Of a stretch of DNA of 64,000 bases, positions 1 to 13,004 are shown one piece after another. Both the position numbers and the translations under genes were made by a program. Numbering within the stretch: position 1 is the stretch's first letter; each line of letters begins with the position of its first letter. A model generated the notes under the pieces. It saw nothing but the letters and a program-made list of their open reading frames with translations, was not told the origin of the DNA and did no database searches. This stretch comes from Rhizodiscina lignyota (Eukaryota). The DNA lies in assembly GCA_010015805.1 (NCBI GenBank), contig ML978132.1:806001-870000 (forward strand). The letters run 5' to 3'.

Positions 1-1
1 G

Positions 2-298
2 ATTGCGCGCTTCACGGGCCAGTCAGAATATGTGCTGAGCGCAGAGGCGGCGTTGACGAGCATGACGAATCAGAAGGCATGGAGTCGGCCGCCGTTGAAT
101 TTGAGCTTTAGCCTGCTCATGTTCACGAGTTCGGGTCTGCTGGTGAGGTACCTGAAGGTGTTTGAGAAGAATAATTATAGCTCGGTCAAGTGGGTAAGGT
201 ATATGACGAGGGCGGGGAATTATGAGATTCGGTATGTTGAAATGTTTCCTATTTTTTATGCGGATACAACTTTACTAAACTAGTCTCTCAGGTTTTAG
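2..298 (+). CDS. APM4: AP-2 adaptor complex subunit mu, 3' end (gene begins before the window)
   Basis: Frame reads IARFTGQSEYVLSAEAALTSMTNQKAWSRPPL..FSLLMFTSSGLLVRYLKVFEKNNYSSVKWVRYMTRAGNYEIR, the conserved mu2 C-terminus. Intron 232-291 (GTATGT..CAG) restores the terminal R-F-stop. Confidence 0.92.
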
Positions 299-856
299 CA
301 ACCGTCTCAGGGATTGCAATTGATGGGATGTTTATATTGCTTGGCCATAAGAATTCGAGTTACGAGGATGCATAGCGTTGGAGTTGAGGCAATTTGGTAA
401 TTTTGGGACATGTCATACCCGCTGTCAAGGCATCCGAATTCCAGGACGTTCCAGGTGTCCTGTTCTTGCTCAATTGTTGCCATTTCGTGAAGATCGTACC
501 AATTGCGTCGCGTCCTTCGAATTTCGACCCCTTTCATGGACCCCAAACCTGGAGATCTGCACCCCACAGGCGTTCTAGAAAATTCGAATCGATCGACACG
601 GGAGTCATAGTGTTTTAGGTTACGTATGTGCATTTCAGCTTTTCGATACTTCATGTGGAGTCGTCTTACGCTGACGCTTTCACGTGCGTAAAGGTGTTTC
701 GATTGGCTGCTGTTCCTTGCACCCTTGCTACCTATAAATAAGCTCGATCCCCGCTCACCAGGCTCCAGCATTCAACAACCTTCAACATAAATCTCCCAGA
801 AGGGTTTCAAATTGAACAAGAGATTCACAAATTCCTTGAAACTACAAAAAACGAAA

Positions 857-1978
857 ATGGCATCCGCAAGTGCTACCTTCACCTTCTCCACTCCAAGAGA
901 ACACGCTGCGATGATTCGAGCCCAAGCTAGGCAGCAGCGCCAACTCGCTGCTGCGGAGCGAGTGCAAGCCGCTCAAGAAAGAGTGCGGGAGGCTGTCGCT
1001 GCGTCCACTGCAAGAGCGGAGGAGCAGCGTCAACGCGTCCAGGAGCAGAGACAGACAGCGCAGGAGAGAGCTGAACAGCACAGGCAGAGGGTCCAAGTGA
1101 GAGCTCAAGAGCACAGGCAAAGGGCTCAAGAGCATAGGCAAAGAGCTCAGGAGAGAGCTCAGCATGCCAGGGAGAGCGCGAGGGCTTCTGCGACGGGTGG
1201 ATATAGCGTGAATATTAACAGCAACGGCAATTCCTGGTACGTATTTTGAAAGGAAGCAGTTGAATTGTAGCTTACTGCTTCTTGCAGGGTTGTTCGCAAC
1301 GAGTCTCGCGATGCGAATGGAAACCATCATGTGAGCGAGCGGGCATACTCTACGGGTGGCCCGGCTGTCGCAAGAGCCACTGCCAGTGCTGGACAATCTG
1401 CGGAGACGACAGCACCGGACCCGCCAGTGGACGCACCAGTTGAACATATCGATGAGGGCAAAGAAAATGTTGGAAAGTCTGAGGAGACTGCAGCTCCGGA
1501 TCCGCCAGTGGACGCACCAGTCGAGCACGTCGAAGCGGAGGACGCGAGTATTGCTGATTCAGTCGTCTCCGCGCCAAGCACGACAACTCTCTATCGCTCA
1601 CCGACGATCGTCTCTGTACCCGGTACTCCAACATTCGACGATGATGATTGGGTCATGGCGGATGCCGCATCGTCCAGACCAAGCTCGCCGTCTATCGTAC
1701 CTTCTGAAACACTTGCGGGAGATGAGGTCGATGAGGTGTTAGCGCCTGAACCGGTGCCAGCGTCTTCAAATGATGCCCCAGCTGAAGACAGTGCTGCTGC
1801 TCCGCAGGATGTTCCTCATTCTTCTGGCTCCTACAGCGTTAGTTCCAATGTGAATGGCCGTGAAGTGCGTTTCCAAGGTTCCTCAGGTGACGGAAGAGCA
1901 AGCGTCTCTGTCAATGCGGACTCGAGCGGTCGCGTGAAGTACATCGTCAATGGTCAAGAGGTTGATGTTGATGGTTAA
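857..1978 (+). CDS. Hypothetical low-complexity protein (~356 aa) with a Q/E/R/A coiled coil and acidic Pro-rich repeats
   Basis: ATG at 857 with a TATAAA about 125 nt upstream. Intron 1237-1287 (GTACGT..GCAG) joins ORF 812-1249 in frame to ORF 1331-1978. Contains repeated (RAQEHRQ)n units and two copies of APDPPVDAPVEH. Confidence 0.7.
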
Positions 1979-2730
1979 GGAGTAATTGAGACGGATCTGG
2001 AGTTGCATAAGTAACGAGGCCCATAGCTGAATATATGGAGGCTGCTTATCTTGCTATTGTACCTGAATCGAACAATCCAGCCGTCCGGTCTCCGAGTGCA
2101 TATGAGAAGAATAGTAAAGCAAGTGTGCCGAGCTTCGCCTTAGATGCTCAAATGGAGCGCTCCGCCCCGCTTTCGAATGCCAAGAAAACGCCACAGGGCG
2201 TTTTGGGCGAAAGGGCCGAACCTTAACTTTTCGTCCTCGTCCTCGCTTCTTTCATCGTTACAGGCAACAGATAGAGCTTGTGTCAACGACATAAAGATAG
2301 GCGGCAGACATCTTCTATGTATCTCTTAAGCTTCCGCTTTATCTGAAATCTCTGCGGTAACATCGAGCGGCCGCGTCCGCATCCGAACTCTTTCCATCTT
2401 CCTTGACTGCTGCCTCCAATCAATTTCGAACGGCCTTTTTCTGCACAATCTTCTTGAAGTGGCATTATGGCACCCTGCCACCCCATAGACCATTTGCAGG
2501 AAGCTCTCTCTTGTTCTCCAGATGCTCTTATGTAAAGATTCTCTCGCGCGTCAATTGCTTTTCTATTTCACTGCAATACCCCCTGCTCTTCCCGCAGGCA
2601 CTTCCGCCTTTAGACGAAGCTTGCCTTTCTCGAGAACGTAACTTTCGTCCATCTTCAACCCAGCATGCTTACCGTGTCTTTAGACGTATACGAATCAGCT
2701 AGTCGACTTTTTAAAATCTCACACGAAAAC

Positions 2731-4161
2731 TTACATATTCGTCGTCTTTGGTATCTCGAATTTAGTAAAGACTCCCATGCATGGCGGCCCCTTACAAACG
2801 GTGGCTGTTCGCTGAGTCAGGTTGTACATCAAATGCGCCAACGTCACTTGCGCGCCCTTGTAAGGGTAGTCGGGGACATTCCGGACAGTGCTGTCCTCCA
2901 TATGTTGGCACACTGACGATGGCATGGATAGATGATCGGAAAACGCGCTGATGATCTTCTTTTCCGTCAAGCCTCCATCATTATGGGGCCGAACTTTTCG
3001 CGCGACTCGCTCAGCGCGGAACCAGCTACTTCCGCCGGGATAACGATCTGTCCATTTGCTGGCATGAAAAGAGCTGCTCACAAAGTGGTTGGCGTGGACC
3101 ACAAAGTTCTCTTTCCCTTCCGGGTAGCAGAGGTGAGCTGCCGTGGGCGTGATCTCAAGCGCCATGACGAAGCTGTCTGCTGTTCCAACAACAAGACTGT
3201 TCGAGCAATGTCTCGGAGCATTCTTTACGTTGACCAGTGCATTCGCAAAGTTGCTGTTATGCAAGAACTGCCGTCGAATGAACGACATTGGCAGGACAGG
3301 TTCCTGCGCAGCTCCTGGGGCCTGTGCCAGATCGATGGGAAAGTAATCCTCCGTTGACATTAGTGAACTGGCGCAAACGGCAAGGCCTGCGGAGTTGAAG
3401 CCGGATCGACCAAGCTGACCTGCTTCTGTCATGACGAACATTATAGGCAGGTCTTCCGATGGATCGGGATGAATTTCGAGATATACCGCCGTATCGTTGA
3501 GGAATATGTTGGCTGACATGTCCCAATTCTGCGCTAGTATGACATCTCCATTCGCGGTGCATTCTGCAAGGAATCCGGCCGAGGTGCACTCGTTAACACC
3601 ATCTGCTCCATCTTCGCAACCATCGGTCTCATCGTTTGTCGCCCTATCGCCATGTCCGCCAATACGCCCATTCAAGAGTCCGTTGCCATTTTCAGCATTG
3701 TCTCTTTCGAGGGTCTTCCAGTGTCCTGACAGGCTATTGGCTAATCCATTCCCAGCTACGAGGTCTCCCATCTCACCGGCATTTCTCTTTTGTGGGAAGG
3801 GGCGGATTGACTTGCCCCGTATGCGGGCCAGGTCATAGCGAGCATTGAGGAGGACGATCTCGTTCAAGCTGACACCAGCCCCGTCTGCAATGCCCCTCAA
3901 CTCTGGCAGTGCTTCTGGAAAGAACTCGGCGATCCCTGGAATATACACATCCTCAATGATGCGTATAGACACGTCCCTAGAGCGTCAGCTTTCGAAATCT
4001 TCTTGCGACAGCTCATCATACTCTGGAAGCAGCTTGCCTGGTTGCCGATAGTGTGCCAGGCACTTCTGGACCTTCTCTTTCGTCTGTGCTCCATAGGAGA
4101 ACCCACGGTCATAAGGGAGGCCCTTCACGACGATGTGCTGGTAATTTGGCTGAGGTGGCAT
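2731..4161 (-). CDS. Peptidase C45 / acyl-CoA:6-APA acyltransferase (AAT) family Ntn-hydrolase
   Basis: Exon 1 MPPQPNYQHIVVKGLPYDRGFSYG..., intron 3977-4021, then ELRGIADGAGV..EIVLLNARY, the CTS nucleophile, LAQNWD, EAGQLG..GFNSAGL, HANHF and VCKGPPC. Confidence 0.9.
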
Positions 4162-4902
4162 GATGAGAGGAGAGGTTCAGCTCTGTTTCAAGCGCTCAGA
4201 GCTTCTGTTGAAACGCAGTGGCATCAAGATGTCTCGAGGGTCCTTGGCTCTTAAATGCTCCTAAGACAGGCTGACTCTAGTTACGCTCATTTTCTCTCTC
4301 GACTCGGCCAGTTTCTATCCGACGATATCAAGCGAGCTGAAGCCGGATCAATCCCTTCTTTTCCGTATAGATGATTGCTGGCATCGTCCATGGTCCACTG
4401 ATTTGACCAATAGAACTATCAACAGCAAGCTTTGTGCTCGCTGTGACTACCTAACAAAGGCAGTATTGGAAATGTCCCCGAGTCCGGAAAGGGGTAAGTC
4501 GCCGAGGACTTATCTTCAGTCACGGACCGCGAAGCGAGGCTCGGCACCCCGGAGGGTAACCATGTTGGGTAGTCATGGCGACACCCCGGACTGCCGTTAG
4601 AAAGCCGCTCATCACGTTACTGGCAAGATTGCGATATCATTTTCCATCACCATGGACCTCAACACAAATGCAAGAGCGGGGAGAAGTTTGGACTTGTGAT
4701 AAGGGCGAAGCGACTCGAGATAAATGCAGAAGGATCGCCTGCGCTGCAAGGCATGGCAAAAATGGCCCTTTAACCGAACTTGGCAACATATCAGCACTAT
4801 ATCTTGAAACGGTTTTATCTAATTGACACGAGCAAACCCCATTGCGCAATTCCGTATTCTTGTTTCTTCTGGTCACGATATTCCTAGTTTACGCACTTGT
4901 CA

Positions 4903-6828
4903 ATGGCGGACACAAAAGAAACGGTCTCCTCCAGGGGACGTGCTGTGGGGGACATTGAGCCGCAGATGAGAGATGTACGCCATGTTGACACGGGAGAATT
5001 CACCGAGAAGGCGCCAGAACAGCACGACGAGGCCCTTGACTTCCTCCGCAGTGCCGGGGATGACAGCTTTACCTACACGGATCATGAAGCTACGAAAGTC
5101 CGCTGGAAGATTGATCTTTTCCTCATGCCATTGGTTCGTACAGAGTTCCTATCTTCTGCGAAGATTCACAATGCTGACATTGATCTCAGCTCGTCGTCAC
5201 GTTTGTTCTCAACTTTTTGGATAAGGGCATTCTCTCCAACGCGTCAGTTTTCGGTCTCCGCGAGGACACCGTGAGTGATACTGTACTCCACTTTGCTATC
5301 TTTCTGATCTTGCTCCGCAGCATCTTCATGGGCAGCAATACTCATGGGTTGGATCAATATTCTACTTTGGGTGAGTGACCAACGCTTGCCATGTATTGCA
5401 GATTCCCTTACTGCCAACCTCGTAGATATATGCTTGGCCAGCCCATTTCAGCATACATGCTGCACAAAGTTCCGATGGGAAAATGGCTCACTGGAAATAC
5501 CTTTGGATGGGGTGTCTGCATCCTCCTAGGCATCACCGCATCCAGTTTTGGTGCCATTGCGACTTCTCGATTCTTCCTTGGCATGTTCGAGGCCACTGTC
5601 AATCCAGCATTTGTCATGATTACAGCGCAATACTACACGCGCAAGGAGCACTCCCTTCGATCATGTATCTGGTGGTCCGGAGCATCGATCGGTTCATTCT
5701 TTGGTGACTTGATCGCCTGGGGAATTGGGCATGGACATGGTTCGCTCTCGCCATGGAAATACATGTTCATCACCTTTGGTGCCTTTTCGGTCCTCTGGTC
5801 TGTCGTTTTACTCTTCCTTTTGCCGGACTCTCCCTGGACCATGAAATTCTTATCCGAGAGAGAGCGGAGAATCATTGTGCTTCGAGTATGCATTCCCAAA
5901 TCCTTCGCCGGTCTTATGCATCGATATCAACTAATATCAATTTAGGTTGCCTCGAACCATACTGGCATCAAGAGCTCTCACTGGAAACCCAAGCAGGTCA
6001 TCTCAGCTCTGATGGACGTCCAGGCGTGGATATTCTTCGCTATCGCATTTCTTCAATCTCTCCCAAGCGGCGGTCTCACCACATTCAACAAACTCATTTT
6101 GACCGGTCTAGGCTATACAAATCTGGAGGTGCGTGTGACACTATCCTTATGTTCTACGAGCGCTTACTTACGTCTTCGCAAGTCCACCATTATGTCAATG
6201 CCTGAGCACGCCATCCAGCTCACAAGTATCATCGTAGCGTAAGCTTCCCATGCTCAAACCATCTGCTTCCAGAAATATCAGCCTTGTTCCCCGAGCTGAA
6301 GAATGTCGCTGACTAACTGGCAGGGGTATCATGGGGAGCTACCTCAAGAATAGTCGCTGTGTGGTGATGATACTCTTCAACATACCCCCACTTGTCGGGA
6401 GTTTTCTAATATACTACGAACCGACATCACATATGCACACGAGGCTGGCAGGAGTATACATCTTGCTCACAAACACCATTTCATACATCATGGTAATGAG
6501 TCTCGTCGCATCCAACTTTGCAGGGATGACGCGCAAGACGACAGTAGCAGCAGGCATATTCCTCTTCTACTCTGCCGGCAATCTCACAGCGCCGCAACTC
6601 TTCATCGATGCAGAGGCGCCGCGCTATCCGACGGGGTTCAGGGGCATGATCGCATCGTTCCTGTCGATGATTGTGATTGAGGCGTTCTTGATGGTGTACC
6701 TGATTTGGGAGAACAAGCGACGCGACAGGAAGTTTGGGAAGGTCGATCCCAATCAGCCGCAGCAGACCGACAGTGATTTTTTCAATCTGACTGACAAAGA
6801 GCAACCTTATTTCAGGTACGCGTGGTAA
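4903..6828 (+). CDS. MFS transporter, allantoate permease (DAL5-like, ACS family)
   Basis: KVRWKIDLFLMP, LDKG, YSWVGSIFYFG, RFFLGMFEA, YYTRKEH..R, LPDSP, SNFAGMTRK and the C-terminal LTDKEQPYFRY. About six short introns. Confidence 0.9.
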
Positions 6829-7586
6829 GCCAGCTGGGTTTCTCTCTTGGCATACGAGTACAGAAGAAGACGGCAAGCTGTTTGGGGCAATTTCATGGAC
6901 GCACGGGGAGTTCGGCCGAAACGACAAAATGGCTTTGAAATCGCGTCGTCGGTCGGCCCGAGTGTCAAGCACCGGGTTTTCCAGCTTCAGGCTTTAGAAT
7001 TAGCTTCTTTGTCAGCCGATCGGGGCGTGGAGTGGATGGCGGTTATATTTCCGGATCGCAGGGTGAATCGAGCAATTCAGCCATTGATGGACCTGCGGCG
7101 CTCTTCGGCCGTGCAAGGGATGGCGATGCTGCAAAGGCGCTCGCGTAGCAAAACTTAGCAAAAATTTGAAACGCACGCTACGAAACAAAACGACGGCTTG
7201 ATATATCACGTTTTTCCACATCCGGCTAGAGCCGCTTTGATATTGCCTTTAGGAGGCGCGGTCGTTAATGCCCTTCTGCCACCCGCGCTTATGTACACAG
7301 CATCGTGTTGGTCTCTGCTGACTGTACCCGGCATCCTCCATGACTCTCCGCCAGGGCTCTGCCATTTTGCAAGACCTGGACTGGCGCAAAGCTGGACGAG
7401 CTGGCCTGGCTCATTCACAGCTCCCCGCTCTGCAGAGCCAAGCACTGGTCCCCTGGGTAAGGCTGATCTCGGACTGGAAGTGTGAGTGGGCGTGCCTAGT
7501 ATGGGGTTGGCGACTTCTTTATCATCCAGCGCATTTCACCGCAAAATTCGCAGGCAGATGCTCACTCATGTTTTACTAATGCTACA

Positions 7587-9921
7587 ATGACTTCAAATTC
7601 TCCCTTACGCAGAAGCTTTTACGGTGCGTTGAGGCCCATGTGACCCGTTGAGTGCGCAGCGATCACTGACAAATCTCGTAGGATGCCTCACGTGTCGGAA
7701 GCGAAAGGTTCGGTGCAAAGGGGGTCATCCGTGCCAGAACTGCGAGCGTATGAATATCACGTGTCATAGTTCTTTCGACAATAACTTTAAAGTCCATGTT
7801 GTACCGGCACCTGGGCGAAAACCTGAGACAGTGACGACACCGCCGAGGCGGCTTGAATCGATCACGCCGATCCGTGAAGACAAAAGCGAGAAGACGAACG
7901 GGACGAATGGGGCCTCAAGAGCGACGACAAAGACACCTGAGGTCATTCAGGAAGAGACTGTCGTGAGGCGGTTTGATCCGCCAGCGCAGTTTGGGCTGAT
8001 TACGACCACCTTCGATACCAACACCAGTACCTACATCTCATCTTCATCATCGTCTGACCCCTATGCACAATTCTTCAGCTCTATTCCCGATTTCGACCCC
8101 CTGTCCCTTCAAGGCACCTGGGACTTTGATTTCTCTCTGGAGCCATACACAGGATTCAATCTATCTGACATCCAACCTACGACAACCACTTCCGACGATA
8201 CACCCAAACTAGACGTCCCAGTGACACAATTTCGGTTTGTCAACTCAACTGGCGTTGAGACGTATTGTGGTGACAGTGGGCTTCCGATCAACAGCATTTC
8301 GAAGAACAGACTCGGCACCAAAACAGCAGAACCAAAACATGGTAAACAGGGACCAACGGAGGAATGGGCCGCTTTCAGACGGAAGAAACTCAGACTCAAT
8401 GGAACACTATCTCCGTTGGCCTCTGGAGATCCAGGACGCGATTCTCCCGTACCGGTACCGTCGAAGGATGCCGACTTCTTCTTCTTCACACACTACGATA
8501 GCGCAATACGGAGCACCTACAGTCTGAAAGACGATGCAAAGTGGAACTATCATTCGTTCATACTCGCCTTCATCCAGCAGTGCAGCCCAGAATTTCCGTT
8601 TCGAATCGCAGTTCTGGCGTGGACAGCAAAACATTTCGCGACGGAATCTGCATCGGGGGACAATACGTGGAATGGATACTACGCAAGGGCGTCCTCGGAA
8701 ATCAACAGGCTAATCGGGGATCGATCTGTGGACGACACGCCCTCGACTATGGTGCTGTCCAGACCGGCGATATCATCACGGCCCGAGGTTCTCGTATGTT
8801 CAGCACTGTTCCTCTGTCGCTGTGACGTGCTTGCAAACGACTACAACTCCCTCTCGTCACGGCTGCAGCACCTCAGCAAATGGTTGAGCGGTCAGCCTGC
8901 GGATCTTCAATTGTCTGGATTCGCATGCAAAGTACTCATATGGCTATCGTATCTGCATGTGCGAGTCGCGATTTTCAGCACCAGCTCTTTCACTGGCCCG
9001 ACCCTTCTCGATGTCCTCATGCGACGGCAAGACCACGAAGCGATCCTGTCTCATGCACAAGTGTACCTGGCAGAAATCTTCGGGCCGTCATACCCACACA
9101 AAGATTTATCGCAGGACGCTGAACTAGCCCCGGTGTCGAGCCTGTTGCACGCGACTTTCAGTCTCATCTCAAGTATGCTCCGATACCGTTCGTGGAAACG
9201 CGGCAGCTCGAGCGGAAGGGATGATCAGGATCTCTGCGCAGCGAAGATTGCTGCGATAGACGCAGATATTCGACGGATCAACGCCGAGTTTGGTCTAGCC
9301 ATTGCCACGAATCCGACAGCGAGTATCTTAAGACTGCAGGAAGATTCGTGGGACTATCCAACGCTGCTCATACAACCTCCCGCTTCGCCGCAAGAATCTC
9401 CGCCACCGAAGATCGATCGTCCGACGCTCCACTGGCTAACATGCTATGCCGCATTCCTCACGTCCAAGATCCTGTGGTCGCGAATACTTCAGCCGTATAT
9501 TCGCACGGATTCGACGTCGGCGGCGGCGGTCAGCTCCATATTACAGATCGCACTACGGCTTCGGAAAGCGAAGTATAAGAAGACAGTACGCTCGATGCTC
9601 TGGCCGCTGCCATTGTTCGTCGCGGGCATAGAGACGACGGATGAGATCTACGCCGATTGGATCAAGACGTTCATGGAGGAGGCGGCGGCTGCGGGGAAGG
9701 CATCCGGCGACGATTTGGATCGCAGAGATAGTAGAGACGGAAAAAGGAGGCCGAATAAGAGCCTAGCTGATGGTGGAGGAGCCAGTGGAGGAACAGGAGG
9801 CGAGAGGGTGAGGCAGCTCATGGCAGAAATCAGACGGAGGCAGGCAAAACAAGGACGGAGAGTAGAGGTGGAACAAGCGATCAGGGAGATGAGTGGGGAA
9901 CTAGGCAGTTTTATATTTTGA
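7587..9921 (+). CDS. Zn(II)2Cys6 transcription factor with a fungal-specific TF (Fungal_trans_2-like) domain
   Basis: Exon 1 MTSNSPLRRSFY, intron 7624-7681, then GCLTCRKRKVRCKGGHPCQNCERMNITC. C-terminal LWPLPLFVAGIET motif. Confidence 0.9.
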
Positions 9922-11048
9922 ACTTTGAGCTGCATACATAGCGAAGACTGATCCTACTGCTGCCTTTGTTGGCGTTTTCAGCGCCACTTCCAGGAAACTA
10001 TTTGCCCATTTAGGTTAGCCTCTGTGATTTGGAGTCGTGAAGCGGCGTATCTGGATGTTTAGGCGCTGCGAGGACGCCTCGAGGAATATGAGGATTAGGG
10101 AATCACCTTTTGCCGTTTGTGAAACGGTCGGTTCAATTTCCCTTGGTGGACAGTTGATGTGACCGTAACGGGTTGGCAGTGCGAGGTGGCTGGAATCCGA
10201 AGATGGCTAGGTGAGCGAATGTCCCTATCCATCTTTCACAGAGCATATTGGATGCATTTGCCAAGCACCCTTCTGTGTGAAGAAAACAGCAGCGTCGACT
10301 GGTTAATCACTGGTTTAAGTCACTGGTTTTTGCTTTATTTGTACAACTCCCTACCCTATACCTCTTTACTGAGTTTCCTGTTCTTGGACCTCATATTCCT
10401 AAGTTTTTAATGGCTTTGGTGATTCTCGTGACATCTCAACACCACTCACAAATCCGACCATTTGGTCCTCTGTGAAGTTGCACACATTCCTTGGAAGTAT
10501 GCGTCGTTCAAACGCACTATCGAACGGATCTTGATACACATTTCCCATTCCGAAGGACCTTCACGACTACGTCCTCGTCTCGGTGGTATAAATCTATACC
10601 AGCCAGGCAGAGAGCAATCACGATACAGTCTCTGGACGGTTACTCTCATCACTATGTTGTGAAGCATTCTAAATGTGACTTGACCAAACCTCTTCTCCTT
10701 TAACGAGTGTCCAAATGGGGCCTTGCACCGTCGGTGGTAATTGCCCTTTTGGGAACATATCACGTGTAACTGGACACATCTCCTTGATCCATCAAGAAAG
10801 TTTAAAGTTACCATTGAGAAGCCAGATAATGGAGAGAAGGTACAAGAGAGACTTGATGATAGGGTGACATTTAACACAATAATCTTGACTCAATTCAGTT
10901 ATGTAGTCATGATATGATCTGAAGTCGAACCAGACAAGAAAAGAGTCGCACAACAAACCCTTCCCCATCGCCTGGCCCTATCGCACTGCTCATCGTCACC
11001 CAATTCTACCACAGCAGTCTGCCGATATTCTCCCCATTCCAAGTCCAT

Positions 11049-11452
11049 TTAGCAAATGTTGCCCGACAAGTCCTTGGCGCAGGTATAGATGTAGGTTGGT
11101 GGCTGGCCAATGTCGGTGGAAGCGATCCAGCTGCTGCAGACGCAAGTCGGGAAGCAAGAATCCGTGCAATCTGCTCATGCCCAATCAGATGGATATCGCA
11201 ATGATTAAGGGTAGGGTTTCATCGTCAAGCCGAGGACAAATCCAAACAATTGGACGCACATGGGAAAGAGGAAGCTTTGGGGTAGAGGAAAATATGGGAT
11301 TACCCACCAGAGTCTCCGTTGCACATGAGCCCAGTTGGGTCATATTCCTGGCTCGGGCAGTCTCTTGGAGTAAGCTCAGCAGGCAGAGCAAGAGCAAGGA
11401 TCGGCTGAAGGAAGACGACCGCGGAGGCAAGGGCGAATAGAGTGAAACGCAT
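11049..11452 (-). CDS. Small secreted cysteine-rich protein (88 aa, 8 Cys), effector or antimicrobial-peptide-like
   Basis: Exon 11452-11308, intron 11307-11171 (GTGGGT..CTGAT..CAG) and exon 11170-11049 give MRFTLFALASAVVFLQPILALALPAELTPRDCPSQEYDPTGLMCNGDSDCTDSCFPTCVCSSWIASTDIGQPPTYIYTCAKDLSGNIC*. TATATAA lies about 135 nt upstream. Confidence 0.8.
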
Positions 11453-13004
11453 GTTTAATGTGTACCAAGATACAATCTTTGACGGATTTCTGATTGAGAG
11501 TAGAAGATGAAGGTAATGATGCTTACAAGTCCAAAGGATGACTGATGTTAATGAAAGAAATGCAGTTGAGCGAAGTCCAGCGGCTTATATATTCAACAAT
11601 ACGACTTCCAGTGCTCTGTCGTCTAAGACTTTAACGAAAGTTTGACATAATGATTTGGCTCGGTACACTGTCACACGACGTAGCTGTGAAGATCTTCAAT
11701 CCTACGGATATAGGGAAATATCCTTAGAGCTGGAAATGACGATAGTTCCCTTGGCCGGAACCGAAATGTGGAGGCACTCCAAAGATCCTCAATAGACCTT
11801 ACTTCATTTTGAATAGGGACGACTACTGTATAATGATGCGAACACCAAATCATTGGAGGACGTTTGTCTAAGCTCAGCAACTTCGAGGTTGCCATTGTCT
11901 GTGGTACAGGATCGTGATGTGTAGCGATCTTCGTAGACATTAATCCGAAAGGTTACACCACCCCGCAATCCTTTGATTCCTTCGGTCTCCACAGCGAATA
12001 AAGACTTCTGGTCAGCATATTGTTTGTATTGACCCCAGGACCCGATATTGGAAGCTAATTAGATGTATACGCTTCAAGCAGTGTGTTCATACTGCGATGG
12101 TGGTATTTCAAATGTGGCGGTGTGCGAGGAAAGGTTGGACTTCGTCCGCGAATAGCTCATCCAGCAAGCGGCTTCATGCAAGCCACGTCAGGAGGCTCAA
12201 ATCCTTCGAAAGGTCGTACATACGTCTGTGGCTGTTTCGCGGAGTACATCCACCATGGTGTGCCCGGGTGCCACGAGTTGTTGGGAGAACGGCATTGTGC
12301 ACTTTGAATGGTCCGAAAATCTGTTGTGGTATGAAGAACGACGTGTACCAGTCCTTCAAGACCGCAAGGAGCTTCCGGTTTCTTGCTTTCTGCTCACAAA
12401 AGCTGACCTCTGATGAGTGTACGAAAACTCTGTCAGAGCTGCCAGTCGAACTCGAGAAAAGAAAAGAAAAGCAAACCAAGGAAGCTACGAAGTGCACGCT
12501 TGAACGGTAGCGAACCGCCTGACGGAGCCGACGAGACGGTGCAGAACGGCCCCCGAAATTCGAGGGGAGCACAACACACCCTCAAAAGCGCCAAGAAGGC
12601 TTGTTCGCAAAGCTTCCCAATGACGCTTGATCTCGATGACGAGGGTAGAGCTATGCTTGGGCGGAGCTGAGTGTTTGAGATATTTGCGGACGCACAGCAG
12701 GCACGCGCTATTGACAGGTCAAAATAGGGTGCTGACGTCTGGCCAGCCCTACTTCGAATTTTGGAAGCTCGATGCGCGGGTGACCAACTATTTAGGCTCG
12801 CACAAAGTTGCAATTTTACAAGATAAATTTGCAAGCAAACTCAAGAAATATGGTTTGCTGTCTGTGACATCCACGCCGACACATGCCGAATTCAACTGGT
12901 CAGGGGGTGAGAGCAACGGCTTCAGAACAACAACAGCTCATACAATTCATTATTTACTACATGTCAGGAGCACCCAGTGTACATTAACCTCCTCCATTCA
13001 ATGA

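Noticed and set aside
2226..2655. Purine-rich minus-strand stretch with an acidic tail (DEESEDEDEK) resembling a gene relic
   Set aside because: Every frame has several stops and no family motif; it cannot be supported without a homology search.
2731..4161. Penicillin biosynthesis gene penDE
   Set aside because: No pcbAB or pcbC nearby, no PTS1, and a catabolic neighbourhood; family member only.
11671..13004. Overlapping 60-137 aa ORFs on both strands
   Set aside because: No motifs, no consistent splice model and conflicting frames.
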